Made by a program: the position numbers and the translations under genes. From Naegleria gruberi (Eukaryota), in NCBI GenBank assembly GCA_000004985.1, contig GG738845.1: 64,000 bases of DNA; one strand, 5' to 3'. Under the pieces are notes generated by a model. That model searched no databases. It was given only the letters and a program-made list of their open reading frames with translations, and had not been told where the DNA came from. This document shows, piece by piece, positions 9,370 to 20,622 of this stretch (the first letter of the stretch is position 1; each line of letters begins with the position of its first letter).

Positions 9370-12300
9370 ATGTCTTCCCAAACCTTGAACGTGCAGGCTC
9401 TGTCAGAACAAACGAAGGAGGAAAGCCCTATGAAATCCTTTCCAAGGTTTAGACCATTTCTCAAAAGTGAAGTAGAGAGTTCAGGAGACGATAAGCCAAA
9501 ATGTTGTGCTGCATTTCATAAGGTAGGTTGAGATTGTTTGAGTGTTGTTTAAAAATCCGAAAGAATGGAAAAAATATTTTGATAAAACATGGTGTTTCGT
9601 CGAATGTTGAATTTACTTTTGACAAAGTGTTGAAAACAACCAATACACAAGAAGATGTATATAATAGTTGTGGAGATGATATTATGAAACATATATTAAA
9701 GGGCCATAACTGTACATTATTTGCACTTGGGGCCCACCAATCCGGTACGTATCATTCATTTTAAAACTTAACTTTCTAATACACATACGAAACAGGTAAA
9801 ACATATACCCTTTTTGGTAACGTAGCAAAATCAGCTAATTGGGCAACTGAACTGGAAAATCAAAAATTTGATGGTATTGCTCCTCGTTTTATAAGAGCTG
9901 TTTTTGATTTTATTATGAATCAAAGCCCAGAAAATATAGAATTCTCAGTTTCTCTTAATGCATTCGAAATTTGTGGATTGGAAAATGGCAATGACGCCTT
10001 AATGAATGATTTATTAGCTAATACCTCGACACCTCCAAAATTAGACGTACTCGTTGAGGAGGAAACTAATGCTGTGGAAATTGTTGGACTTCAGGAGGTT
10101 TTTGTTACAAGTGATAGTGAATTGTTTGAAAATATTTCTGGTGCACTAATGAAAAGATCTAAAAGTAAGTATTTAAAACTTCATTATATTATATATTTGT
10201 ATAGAATTTAGCACAGCATTCTTTGAAATTAAATTTGTACAACATGACACTTCAACTAACTTGACAAAGGAAGGAAGATTGTGCATTATTGATTTGGATT
10301 CTGAACGCTCCAGTGATCAATATAGGAATACCAGAAAGACTGGATGTAAAGTTTTTCAAGAGGTAGCAGAATCTCTCTACACGGAAGTTGAGGATTATGA
10401 CTATTTCAGTACAACTCTAAAATGCCTTGTATTTTCTAGAGTTTTTGTGAATACAGCCACATTTTCCTTTGTGACTTTATCTCCAATGATATCGGTAGTA
10501 GAAGACCAAACCATTCCATATTTACAACTGGCATCCAAGATTTGTGAACTCTCTAGTGATGTCATGGTAAATTATGTACAAGATCCTATTGTTGAAACTC
10601 CACAAGAAGAAGAAAAATCAATCCCTACTCCGCATCCAGTAGCTTCTGTGCAAGCTAATGCCAAGGTAGAGGCTGTACAACAGGAAGAACTAGCCAAACC
10701 AATTGGCAACCCTACTTCCCTGCCTACCACAAATGAAAAAAAAGAAATTCCAACAATCCTTGACATTCCACCGAAACCAACTCAATCAATCACTGATGTA
10801 ACGAAATCTGAGGAATATATGCAAATTTTGAAGGAAAAAATTAACATTGAAGAGGATATATTACTCCTACGCACACAATTCAATTCGCTTAAGGATCAAC
10901 TTGAACGTGAAGAAGAAAAAGCTAGTAAGTTTGAAAAAGAAGCCTCTTTAAAAGATAGTGCCACTAAAGAGCTTGCAAAACAATTGAAAGAAAGCTTTGC
11001 ACTCACAGAACAACTTCAAAAAGAAAGAGACCGCTACGAAGAGCAAGTCAAAGCATCTCAAAATGACATTCAACAGTTGAAAGAGAAATTGATTCATGAA
11101 GAATCTATTAGGGATGAACTAAATGAAAAGGCTCACGAACAAGAAAAAACACTAGCAAATTATAGGTCATCAGAGGAGCAAATGACTATTCAGATTACTC
11201 AACTTAAAAAAGAGTTACAAGAATTTAAACAATCTTCCAACACTAATCATGGAAGTATCCCGACTCCTCTAAAAAACAAAGGAGAAGAACTAGAAAAGGA
11301 AGTAGTATTGCTCATAAAAAGCCAACATGAAGAATTGAAAAATGCATATAACGAACTCTCAATCAAAATTGTTGAACTTGAAAAGAAGAACATTTATCTG
11401 GAAGAAGAACTTGTAGATGCTGAAAAGAAAGCACTTGAAGCTGATGACCCATCCCACCAATTAATTGAAAAGCTAAAATCAAAGAACAAACTGTTATTAG
11501 AACAGTTGAACCTGTCAAAGAGAGAAAATTTAAAATCTCGTGAGAAATCAGTAGAAATTAACATGAAACTTATTGAACAAAAAATTCAAGAATATCAGCA
11601 GTTAGTAAATCAATCATCAACAGTGTTACCAACTCCACTTAACGATACAACAGTCACTGTAAATAATGAAGATTTGGAACCAATATCTCCACAAGAAAAA
11701 CTCAATGTTCAAAAGTTGAAAGAAAAGGTTACAGATCTTACCAACAAACTTACTACAGCTCGTAAGAAAGCAACAGAAACTGAAATTGCAAGAATGAAAT
11801 GGCAAGAAGGTGAAAAGGCGACACGACAAAAAATCTCTGATTTGGAAAATGAGATTGAAGAGCTCAAACAAAAAATGACGGCAAAAGAATCATCCTTAAA
11901 AGAAGAAATTGATCAATTACAAAAAGAAATCAATAGCTGGAGAGAAACTGACCAAAAGATCAAGTCTGAATTGAAAAAAATTGAAAAGGAAAAACAAAGC
12001 TTGGAACAAGTTATCAAAAAGGAAAATGTTAACAGAAAAAAGAGTGTAATGGTTATGCATCAAGTACAACAAGTTCAAGAAAGTAATAATTTGATTTTGA
12101 GAAATGAGTTAGCTCAAGCTAGAGAGAGAATTGAATATTTGGAGCGTGAACTAAAAAAAATCGGTGGACCAGGTATGAAAATATCATCCAGATCTCAAAC
12201 AATCTCCCCATCATCACGCAGTCCTATGACTCCAACTAGTGAATCTTCCTCACAAAGTCTCCCAACAACAGCTCCTAAAAAACTGGATGACAATTCCCAG

Positions 12301-12858
12301 AAAGACCTTAGACAAAAAGAGATTCAATCCAAGAGACAATCTGTTCTAATTAATAAGAATGCAATGCAGGCACTTCGAGTAAACATTCAAACAGAAAAAC
12401 CAAAACAAGAGATCTCCTCCCCAACAGAAGATATTCATGATGATGCAGATGAAGAAGAGTACGGAAAACAATTCGCATCCAATACATATGATCCACACCA
12501 AGCAAACGAAACGACCATGTCGGAAAATGTGAACCCCAAAATAGACAAATCAGGATATCTCTTTAAGAAAGGTCCGAAAATCAATATTTTCAAAAAGAGA
12601 TTCTTTAAGATTGAAGGTCATAATCTAATATATCAAACGGATAGTAAGGATTCCAAAGCTCTTGGTTCAATTGATTTGAGAACAGCTCTCACTGATATTG
12701 CTCCTGAAAAATCGAGTAATAAGAGAAAATATGTTTTCAGAGTAGAAATTCCAGGAAGAACCTACTTTATGTCAGCACCATCCAAAGAAGATAGAGATGA
12801 ATGGGTTATTTCTTTGAGACATGTCATTCAAAAACTGAGCAATGAAAATAGTTTTTAA
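9370..12858 (+). CDS. Kinesin-like protein with an N-terminal divergent motor domain, a long coiled-coil stalk and a C-terminal PH domain
   Basis: Exons are 9370..9522, 9564..9744, 9796..10165 and 10212..12858, with introns of 41, 51 and 46 nt (donors gtaggt, gtacgt, gtaagt). The spliced motor contains 'VEFTFDKVL..TNTQEDVY', 'HNCTLFALGAHQSGKTYTLFG' (P-loop), 'FSVSLNAFEICGLENGNDALMNDLL', 'MKRSKSTAFFEIKF' (switch I position), 'RLCIIDLDSERSSDQ' (switch II position) and 'KVFQEVAESLY'. The C-terminus has the PH-domain pattern 'GYLFKKGPKINIFKKRFFKIEGHNLIYQ...EWVISLRHVIQKL'. Confidence 0.8.
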
Positions 12859-12990
12859 TAAAAACGAAAACTTCACTACTGTATTCCAAAAAGCAACATG
12901 ACGCTGTTATTACCTTTGGCAAGCATGTCTGTGTCCTGTAAGGGATTTCATAATGTGCGTCTTTAGTTTTAAAAAAAATTGGACTCTTGA

Positions 12991-14693
12991 ATGATCATTC
13001 CTCTCACTCATTTTGACAATGTGATTGTTTGTGGTTCTAACAAACATTCACAACTTGCCCTATTTCCATCACAAATGCAGGAACTTGAACAATTTTCAGA
13101 CCAAACAAAATCATATTTTGATTACATTCCGATTGACGTTAGCAAATTAATGAAGTCCGGTAGTGAAGAAGAAATTATTCAAGTTTGCATTGGTTTAACG
13201 TTTACATTATATTTGTCCTGTAGGTTAATAAGTCATTTAGACAATTTTGTGACAAATGTTTTCCTGTAGCATACTCACGTGTTTATTGTTGTTGTGGAGA
13301 TGAAGAAGTTCATTCCCTATTTGATAGGTCAACCTTTACAATTATTTGTGCCCAAGTGCCTAATTTTAGATGGATACACTTTTTTGAACTATTGAAAAGA
13401 GATGGCATTTTTGTATCAGAGATATCATGTGGAGCAAGACATTGTCTATTTTTCATGTCCAATCATGAATTATATGTATGTGGATCCAATGAGTTTGGGC
13501 AATGTGCACAACCTAAACCACTCGAAAGAATTGTAATTCCTCTCAAAATAACAATGAAATCATTTCCTTATTCACCATTTCATTCTGAGGATCCACTTAA
13601 TTCAAGGAAGAGGAAAAGAACAGAAGAAAATGAGAGTCTTTTATCAATGATGGAAGACAATATCTCTTCGAATATTATCAAAGTTAAATGTTCATATGAT
13701 TATTCTGTTATCCAAACTACGGACGGAAGGGTTTTTGCAACTGGAGATAATGGTGAGTACAATAACTATCACAATGACTGACAAACCAAGAGTACAAACA
13801 AATAACTAATCGCGATATGACTGACAAACTCTTTGGATTTACACCTGTGTATTTTAGAAATTTAAAACAAGAGGAATATTTAAACATTAAGGATATTATT
13901 ACAATGGACAGCTACATTTTAGCATTAACTCATTCAGGATATTTGTATATTAATGAAGGAGGTACAACATTTACAGATATGGGGTTGAATGTTGACTATT
14001 TCAGTAATCCAAGTAATTTAATTGTAAATATTTTTGCAACCTCCTACTCATTCTTTATACGGACGAGGTCTGGTGAGGTTTATTATGTAGAGCAAGGACT
14101 CTCAAAAATGGTAAAATCGAGTTTATTATCATTTAAAAGTTTTAATCCAAGTGCTGGGAGATATCATTTGGCTTCTATATCGACGAATACTCATGATTAT
14201 GGATTATTTGAGGTTATTGGGTATAATAAGGTTAGTTGTATGAGGTAGTGAATAACATTAACATTATTTACAAAAGTTAGGAAATTTGGGAATTAAAACC
14301 AGCACAGAAACTGTTAAGGAAACAATATCAGTACCCAAAGTATCTAAATGGATCCAATGCAAGGATATGAGAACATTCGATTATAGGATTGCCGCTAACT
14401 TTTTCAATACCATAGTTTATCGAGTCAAAAAACCTGAATTAGTTTCAGTCGAGAGATTTAAAAGGTTACTCTTCTCCTCTCTCATTAATGATCAATATGT
14501 GAAAGAAACTCAAAATATTCATAATCCATTCTTGGAAATGTTTAATGAATATTCAAAAAGAATTATTTCAACAAGAAACTTTCACGATATTTCAATTCTT
14601 ACCACAGATGGATTTTTAACTACTAGTACCTTCCACAATAGTGAATACAAACTTGTACAGCCAACCAATAATGCAAATTTTCAGCTTGCCTAA
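12991..14693 (+). CDS. RCC1-repeat (regulator of chromosome condensation-like) protein; multi-exon, exon boundaries not fully resolved
   Basis: ATG at 12991. Repeated RCC1 motifs appear in successive ORF segments: 'VIVCGSNKHSQLA', 'LYVCGSNEFGQCAQP', 'VFATGDNGE' and 'CIGLTFTLYLS'. The segments 12991..13269, 13356..13781, 13817..14248 and 14286..14693 are in different frames with GT-AG candidates between them, so several short introns are implied. Confidence 0.5.
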
Positions 14694-14851
14694 CTGTGAC
14701 TAACTATCAAAATATTTTCGATAAAATTGAGAAGAATGTTGAAAAAGTAAGTTGATCATTTACCTGATATTGAAAAATAAGTATTGTATGCAAGATTAAT
14801 TCTACAAACAAATAATTCAATCTGACACTTAGTAAACTTGTTATAATTTAT

Positions 14852-17452
14852 TTAACTTGTCCATAATCTGATTGTTTTATCTGACCCAGCCGTGAACAGC
14901 CAAGGTTGAATTGGGTGGAACTTACAATCCAAAACACCCAAATGCGATCTCTTCTTGTGTCCTCTCAAAATTTTAACTGGAACAATTTGAGTTTCTTTTG
15001 TCCAATCGTCTGTATAGACTTGTCCATGGAAAACATTTGCTGTGGTATCATCCGAGCAAGTAGCAAATAATGGATATCTTTTGTGGAAGTCTACATTTCT
15101 AATAGCTCGAGTGTGGAATCTCATTGTCTTGTAAGGGTGAGATGAGATAGCCAAGTCAAACCATTCCATTCTTTCATCAAAACCACCAATCAATACATGT
15201 TCTCCTGAAGGATGGATAGCAATGGATGAAACATAATTACACTTTTGTCCCTTCAACTTCTTTGAAAGTCTTTGTGTTTGTAAATTATAAATTCTCACCA
15301 TAGATGTGGAAACAACGTAAAAATGTGGTTTCTTTGGGTGGAATTGAACCTTGATGAACTTTTGGGATGCATTCCTAACTTTAACATTCTCCTTGAAAAC
15401 CTTTTGTGTGGAACGGTGAGACAATTGATGAACAAGAACACCTTGAGAGTAAGAATTTGGAGCTAAAGAAGAAAAATAGTCACCCTTTTGATGCCAAGTA
15501 ACTTGTGTAACACGAGATTTGTGAATAATTTGACACATTATACCATCTCTTCTTTTCACTGTTTCCATATCTTGATTATTGCCACGATAGAATTTCCAAG
15601 TTACTAATTTGACTCTTCTTCCTTTTCTTGATTTTCCTTCGATATCACGTTTGTCTTCTTCGTCCTTCTCTTCTTCATCTTTCTCAGTTTGATCTTCTTC
15701 TCCTTGTTCTTCCTCATCGTCTGAAATGTCATACTCGTCACCATTTTCATTTTGGAAACCTCTATCAGGGAAAAGCTCTTCAGTAAGTTCATTTGTAATT
15801 TCATTACCTGACTCTTCTGGCTTGATTAAAAATACTGAGCTACCAACAGCCACAGCAAATAAATTGAGTTTGGCATTTGGGTTCCACTCAACCCATTTTG
15901 GTACGTTTTCAATATTGCCATCAATACCTACACGTTGAGGCTTCTTATCATTTTCTTCCTCATTGTTGGACTTGCTATCGGTTGTTATGCCCAAATTGTA
16001 ATGTAAAAAGTTCCAAACTCTTCTGCAACGTCCAGTATCAACCTCCCACAATCTGACAGTACCATCTTCATCAGAACATGAAACTAACCATTTTCCGGAC
16101 GGATCAACGCTGATTGATCTTACCATTCCTTCGTGACCTTCATAAATTAGAGATTGAATTTCAGGATAAGGTCTCAACTCTTCTGGCTTTGGTAGTTGTG
16201 GTAGTAATGTATCAGGATCTTCAACAAAGTTCTTCTTTTTCATTGGTTGTACACGAGGTGCAAGATATAAATCCATACATCTTTCAAAACGTTCTTGAAT
16301 GAATTTGTCATAAACTGGTACGCTTCTCAAAGAATCATAAATCTTGTATTTGAATTCCTTTCCCTCTTTAGCTTTTTCAGGAATATATTCTGGTGGTGGG
16401 TTATAACTCAAATTGTGACCAGGTAATTTCTCCTTTGGTGGTGGTAAAATACCAATACGTGAAATCTTCTCTCCTAGAATTTGTCCATCTTCTCCCCACA
16501 TTAAATATACCTTATCCTTCTTTGGTTTCACTGTTTCTTGGTTCATTAATGCTGGATTTCTCTTATATCTCAAAGCAATCTTTGAAATCATTTTCATTTC
16601 AGATTTGTTTGGCAAAAACTTTGACTTAGCTACTGGGTTACCATACATAGGGAAACGAGAATCAATCTTGACATATTCCTCATAATCCTTGTATGGATTG
16701 TATCCTGGTGGGAATTGTCCTTTCACTCCAATATTGATAATAGTTTCTAAATCTTCATTGGAAAGAACATGTTCCTTATCATTGTATTCATCGTAGACTG
16801 TACGTAAATAATTAGGATCATCATGTTTAGCAATTAAATTATCCAAAGCATCCTTTTGTTTCTTTTTTAATATTTTGTTTCCACTACGGTCGTATCCAAT
16901 ATGGTCATACTCTTCGTACCATTCTAATGGAACATTACCAATAGTATTTATCATTCCTTCATCTTCACTACTATCATCACTGTCATGAACATCAGCAAAT
17001 AATGATTTTTCTTTGGTTTCTCTTGTTTGATTTTTAGACTTTTTTTGCAATGACTTCTCGTACCAAGAATCCTCAAGTTCATCATTAATGGAGGTCAAGT
17101 TTGTAAAGCTTTCAAAAACTTTAACGTCTTCTTCGTCGGAAGACTCTTCCTCTCTTTCAATGTCTTCTTCTTCTTCTTGATCAATTTCTATTTCTTCATC
17201 ACTAATATATACATCATCATCGTCATCAGCACTGAGTGTGGTTGCTGTATTTGGATTGCTGGAATCTTCTTCATCAGAAGAATCATCTTCCTTCATTGTT
17301 ATTTTAGGCAATTCCTTGACAGAAGAAGCTGTTTTAGTGAATCCGTATCTTTCTGGATTTTCTTCTGCCTTGTTCTTTTTTTCGTTCTCTTCATCATTTG
17401 TTGAAGAATTTTTAGACACCAATTGTCTCTTTTTCATTTTTTTCGGAATCAT
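14852..17452 (-). CDS. BOP1: Ribosome biogenesis protein BOP1/Erb1 (WD-repeat)
   Basis: Single 866-aa ORF with ATG at 17452. It has an acidic N-terminus, then a BOP1NT-like region ('YDEYNDKEHVLSNEDLETIINIGVKGQFPPGYNPYKDYEEY...RFPMYGNP...ALRYKRNPALM'), then C-terminal WD repeats ('GHEGMVRSISVDPSGKWLVSCSDEDGTVRLWEV' and a terminal 'FTAGSDKTIRLWTS'). Confidence 0.85.
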   Translation of the reverse strand: MIPKKMKKRQLVSKNSSTNDEENEKKNKAEENPERYGFTKTASSVKELPKITMKEDDSSDEEDSSNPNTATTLSADDDDDVYISDEEIEIDQEEEEDIEREEESSDEEDVKVFESFTNLTSINDELEDSWYEKSLQKKSKNQTRETKEKSLFADVHDSDDSSEDEGMINTIGNVPLEWYEEYDHIGYDRSGNKILKKKQKDALDNLIAKHDDPNYLRTVYDEYNDKEHVLSNEDLETIINIGVKGQFPPGYNPYKDYEEYVKIDSRFPMYGNPVAKSKFLPNKSEMKMISKIALRYKRNPALMNQETVKPKKDKVYLMWGEDGQILGEKISRIGILPPPKEKLPGHNLSYNPPPEYIPEKAKEGKEFKYKIYDSLRSVPVYDKFIQERFERCMDLYLAPRVQPMKKKNFVEDPDTLLPQLPKPEELRPYPEIQSLIYEGHEGMVRSISVDPSGKWLVSCSDEDGTVRLWEVDTGRCRRVWNFLHYNLGITTDSKSNNEEENDKKPQRVGIDGNIENVPKWVEWNPNAKLNLFAVAVGSSVFLIKPEESGNEITNELTEELFPDRGFQNENGDEYDISDDEEEQGEEDQTEKDEEEKDEEDKRDIEGKSRKGRRVKLVTWKFYRGNNQDMETVKRRDGIMCQIIHKSRVTQVTWHQKGDYFSSLAPNSYSQGVLVHQLSHRSTQKVFKENVKVRNASQKFIKVQFHPKKPHFYVVSTSMVRIYNLQTQRLSKKLKGQKCNYVSSIAIHPSGEHVLIGGFDERMEWFDLAISSHPYKTMRFHTRAIRNVDFHKRYPLFATCSDDTTANVFHGQVYTDDWTKETQIVPVKILRGHKKRSHLGVLDCKFHPIQPWLFTAGSDKTIRLWTS

Positions 17453-17527
17453 AAAAAATTTAATTTTAAAACGACTTCAACAATTTATTGAAGCAGTGAA
17501 ACAAAATATTCTTGAAGAACATGTTAT

Positions 17528-18730
17528 TTATTTACAAAATTCTTCGGATGGAGGAACCTCTGGTATTTTTCCAATGTGAAAAGTTGAGGCACCAAAAGCA
17601 TGTTTGTCATCATTTGTTAATTGCCCAAAGTAATTATTAATTAGCTTTTCGTTCACTAAATTGTCATTTGTAATGTGGAATAAATCATTGAACTTGTCTG
17701 TGAGTTGCTCAATCAATGTTTTATCCTTAACAACGGTCATTGTTTCTTTGGCATCTAGGGCTGCAGACATTGGAGCTGCAGATTTTTGTACAGTAACTTT
17801 GGTGAATGTATTCGAATATTTGTCACTTTTTATGGAAGGATCAAATTTAGGGGCTGTATTGGGTTGTGGAATGATTTGACTGACAAATCCACCAGTTCCA
17901 GTTACATTACTTTTTAATGTTGAAGTAGTGGCTGTTGATGTTTTTGTAAATGTGCTCGAATTTAATGAATTATTAGTAGGATTCAAAGATGGTTGATTAA
18001 ATCCTACAGTAGATTTTGGGAGTGAAGGATTTGATTGAGGAAGACTCATTGTAGCTACTTGAGTAAAGCCTCCTGTACCCGCAACTGAGTTATTGGTGCC
18101 AACAATACTATTTGCAAATGATCCAAATCCTGAAGAAGTGGATGGATTGCCAAATTGTGATCCTGATGAAAAAGATCCGAATCCGCCTCCAGAAGATGAA
18201 TTAAAAACTCCTCCATTATTATTGTTTGTTCCAAATCCACTATTTGTAGAAGAGGCTCCAATACTAGCAAAAGATGATTGACCAAAGCCACTTGTGGTTG
18301 ACTGTTTAGTCAATGATGCAAATGAACTCGATCCAAAACCCCCACTTCCAGGCACTGAAGTTGAAGAATTTGTTGTAGAATTGCCAAACCCTGAACCACT
18401 CCTACTACTGTTGAAGGAGGAAGAACCAAATGTACTACTACCAAATCCTCCTATATTATTATTTGATGGTGCAAAGGATGTTGTACCGAAAGAGGATGCA
18501 CCGAAGGAAGTAGCTGGCTTATTGCTTGTTGTACCGAAAACTGAAGAAGATGTTCCAAAAGTATTGTTAGACCCAAACGAGGAATTGGCTATTGTATTTT
18601 GTTGTGCTTGTAGAGTATAATTTTTTGGTTTTTGAGCATCGTAGTAACCTGATGAATTATTGTTGGTGTTTGTGTTGTTCTTATTATTGTTGGGGGTGTA
18701 TCCCTTGTTGTGGCTCTTCTTGTTGGCCAT
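17528..18730 (-). CDS. FG-repeat nucleoporin-like protein
   Basis: 400-aa ORF with ATG at 18730. It carries dozens of GFG/SFG/TFG motifs separated by S/T/N-rich spacers ('FGSSTFGSSSFNSS..GFGNST..GGFGSSSFASL..GFGQSSFASIG'). The C-terminal roughly 90 aa are non-repetitive. The subtype (Nup62/Nsp1, Nup42 and so on) was not determinable. Confidence 0.6.
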   Translation of the reverse strand: MANKKSHNKGYTPNNNKNNTNTNNNSSGYYDAQKPKNYTLQAQQNTIANSSFGSNNTFGTSSSVFGTTSNKPATSFGASSFGTTSFAPSNNNIGGFGSSTFGSSSFNSSRSGSGFGNSTTNSSTSVPGSGGFGSSSFASLTKQSTTSGFGQSSFASIGASSTNSGFGTNNNNGGVFNSSSGGGFGSFSSGSQFGNPSTSSGFGSFANSIVGTNNSVAGTGGFTQVATMSLPQSNPSLPKSTVGFNQPSLNPTNNSLNSSTFTKTSTATTSTLKSNVTGTGGFVSQIIPQPNTAPKFDPSIKSDKYSNTFTKVTVQKSAAPMSAALDAKETMTVVKDKTLIEQLTDKFNDLFHITNDNLVNEKLINNYFGQLTNDDKHAFGASTFHIGKIPEVPPSEEFCK

Positions 18731-18850
18731 TTTTTTCTATTTTTATATGGTTGAACGATATTAATAATTCCACATTGTTGTTTACTCATAAAATAAAAAC
18801 GTTGGGAAGGTGCAATAAACAAGAGGTCATTAAATATATGGCATCATTCT

Positions 18851-20359
18851 TTATTCCATTCCTAGGGAGCTCCAAAATTTTCTTGCTACAGTACTATCTG
18901 TGTGTCTCTTTGAATCTAATCTACTAATATACAGTTTTTCGACATTCCAGTTTTGAGTATTTTGAGGCAAAGCTTCTCCTTCATAGGCAAGTGTAAAGCC
19001 TTTCTTTTTGGAGAAGATAATAGAAGGGTCTGTAGAAAACCAATTATTGCTATCTTTAAATTGCCAGAGTTGACCAATTGTGAAAATGGCTACTACTCTC
19101 TCCCAATCATTCTTATGAAGGTTCTTAGTGGTGTCCAATACAAGATATTGAGTTCCTGTCTTGGCGTGTTTGATAATAACTTCCTTAGGTTTTGGTGTGG
19201 TTGGATCAATATTTTTCTTCTTTTCGTCTGTCGAAACAAAAGCTCCTCTTTGAAGGAAATCCTTAATGTTATAGAGTGTCAAAAGAGAGGATCTGCCAGG
19301 AGGAAGTAAAATTATTGGAAGAGGCTTTTTAACTTGTTTAGAAGTACTTGGAACTGACTTTTTGATTGTTTCATCAATATTTGTGGAGAATGTATTATTT
19401 GTGGTGGAAGGTGGGGCTGAAGTATTGTTACCTGATGAAAGTGGCTCAAGGACCGGATCAGATTTCATCATCATTGACCCTGTAGTATCAATTTGAATTT
19501 CATTCATAATGTCTTCATTACCAAATTCGGAATTCCACAAATTTCTTTCGTTAAATGTACCCTTAATTTTCAAATTGAGCTTGGCATTTTCCTGAGAATA
19601 TCCTTGTTGTTTTGCTAATTGTTCTCTCTCGATTCTCTTTTGTTTTTCATCCTTCTTGTGTTGTGTGAAATGAGTTTTACATCTTTTAATATTCTCCAAA
19701 TAGCTTGTAAAATAGGATAATTGTTTAGTATTTTCCCCTTTCTTGTCAACAAATTCTCTTTCAATTTGAGTTTGTGTAATTCTGGTACTAAATGGAATTT
19801 CCTTGTTATTAATATAATTTAAAACTTGTGGTCTATCAAACTCTAAATATGGTAAAAAAGGCTCTGTGTTTACATTACTAATATCATCCGTCAATGAATT
19901 AGATAAAAACTTGATAAATTCTAGCTTTGACTCTTGTTCTTTTTCTCCAAATTCTTTTTCAGGAATTGTAATTTTGGTATAATCAAAGGGTTTCAACCTT
20001 TTCTTGTCATCGTCATTTGTTGATTCTCTCTTTCTCTTTGTTTGTTTAACTTCTCCGGTTGTTGAAGTTTTGAATAGGCTTGTGTCTTGAACATTGAAGT
20101 AACTTTTCAATAAGTTTTTAATACCAATGTTTACAGGGTTTAGGTTGGCTTCCTTACACTGCTTCAAATATACGGAATAGTCGTCATTAATACACTTCAA
20201 ACAAATCCAGACTTGGCCAAGTGTTAGAGTAGAACTTTGGAATTTTACCTGGCCATTAATTGGATATTGTTTTTCACCAAATATGATATTGGTATTGTCA
20301 TTAATTATTGGAGTGTTACTTTTGATAGTGTTGTTCAATTGCTCAAGAATATCATCCAT
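18851..20359 (-). CDS. CDC73: Parafibromin/Cdc73 (Paf1 complex subunit)
   Basis: 502-aa ORF with ATG at 20359. The C-terminal domain 'WERVVAIFTIGQLWQFKDSNNWFSTDPSIIFSKKKGFTLAYEGEALPQNTQNWNVEKLYISRLDSKRHTDSTVARKFW' matches the conserved Cdc73 C-domain (human '[20 protein letters not shown]...KIKAFHLKYDE...[28 protein letters not shown]'). Confidence 0.8.
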   Translation of the reverse strand: MDDILEQLNNTIKSNTPIINDNTNIIFGEKQYPINGQVKFQSSTLTLGQVWICLKCINDDYSVYLKQCKEANLNPVNIGIKNLLKSYFNVQDTSLFKTSTTGEVKQTKRKRESTNDDDKKRLKPFDYTKITIPEKEFGEKEQESKLEFIKFLSNSLTDDISNVNTEPFLPYLEFDRPQVLNYINNKEIPFSTRITQTQIEREFVDKKGENTKQLSYFTSYLENIKRCKTHFTQHKKDEKQKRIEREQLAKQQGYSQENAKLNLKIKGTFNERNLWNSEFGNEDIMNEIQIDTTGSMMMKSDPVLEPLSSGNNTSAPPSTTNNTFSTNIDETIKKSVPSTSKQVKKPLPIILLPPGRSSLLTLYNIKDFLQRGAFVSTDEKKKNIDPTTPKPKEVIIKHAKTGTQYLVLDTTKNLHKNDWERVVAIFTIGQLWQFKDSNNWFSTDPSIIFSKKKGFTLAYEGEALPQNTQNWNVEKLYISRLDSKRHTDSTVARKFWSSLGME

Positions 20360-20622
20360 TTTGTCTTTAGTATTTGTTGATCAACAATAATAATAATTGA
20401 TGACTGGGAAGAAGAATACAAAAAGTAAATTTTTTTTTAAAATATTATTAATAATTTAATTAGATGTTTTTAATAGAACCAAATCTTCATCCAACATTAA
20501 TAATGAAAGCAAGACACAAGGAAGAAAATTAATAATTTATTTCTCAGTTTTGTAGGAAGAATATTAAATGTAAAAATCCCTTAATCATTGAAGAAGGAGG
20601 AAGCTAACAAACAATCAAAAAA

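Noticed and set aside
10166-10260. Alternative reading in which the kinesin motor terminates at the in-frame stop (10209..10211) and a separate gene starts at 10261
   Set aside because: The downstream frame continues the kinesin motor exactly where it should (switch II and helix alpha4 equivalents). A 46-nt gtaagt...tttag intron at 10166..10211 joins the frames and restores the switch I region.
18093-18620. Two plus-strand ORFs (62 and 108 aa) encoding P/E/L/N-rich peptides
   Set aside because: They lie antisense to the FG-repeat coding region of the nucleoporin gene. Their openness is a by-product of the GGNTTTGG-type codon repeats on the other strand and their translation is pure low complexity.
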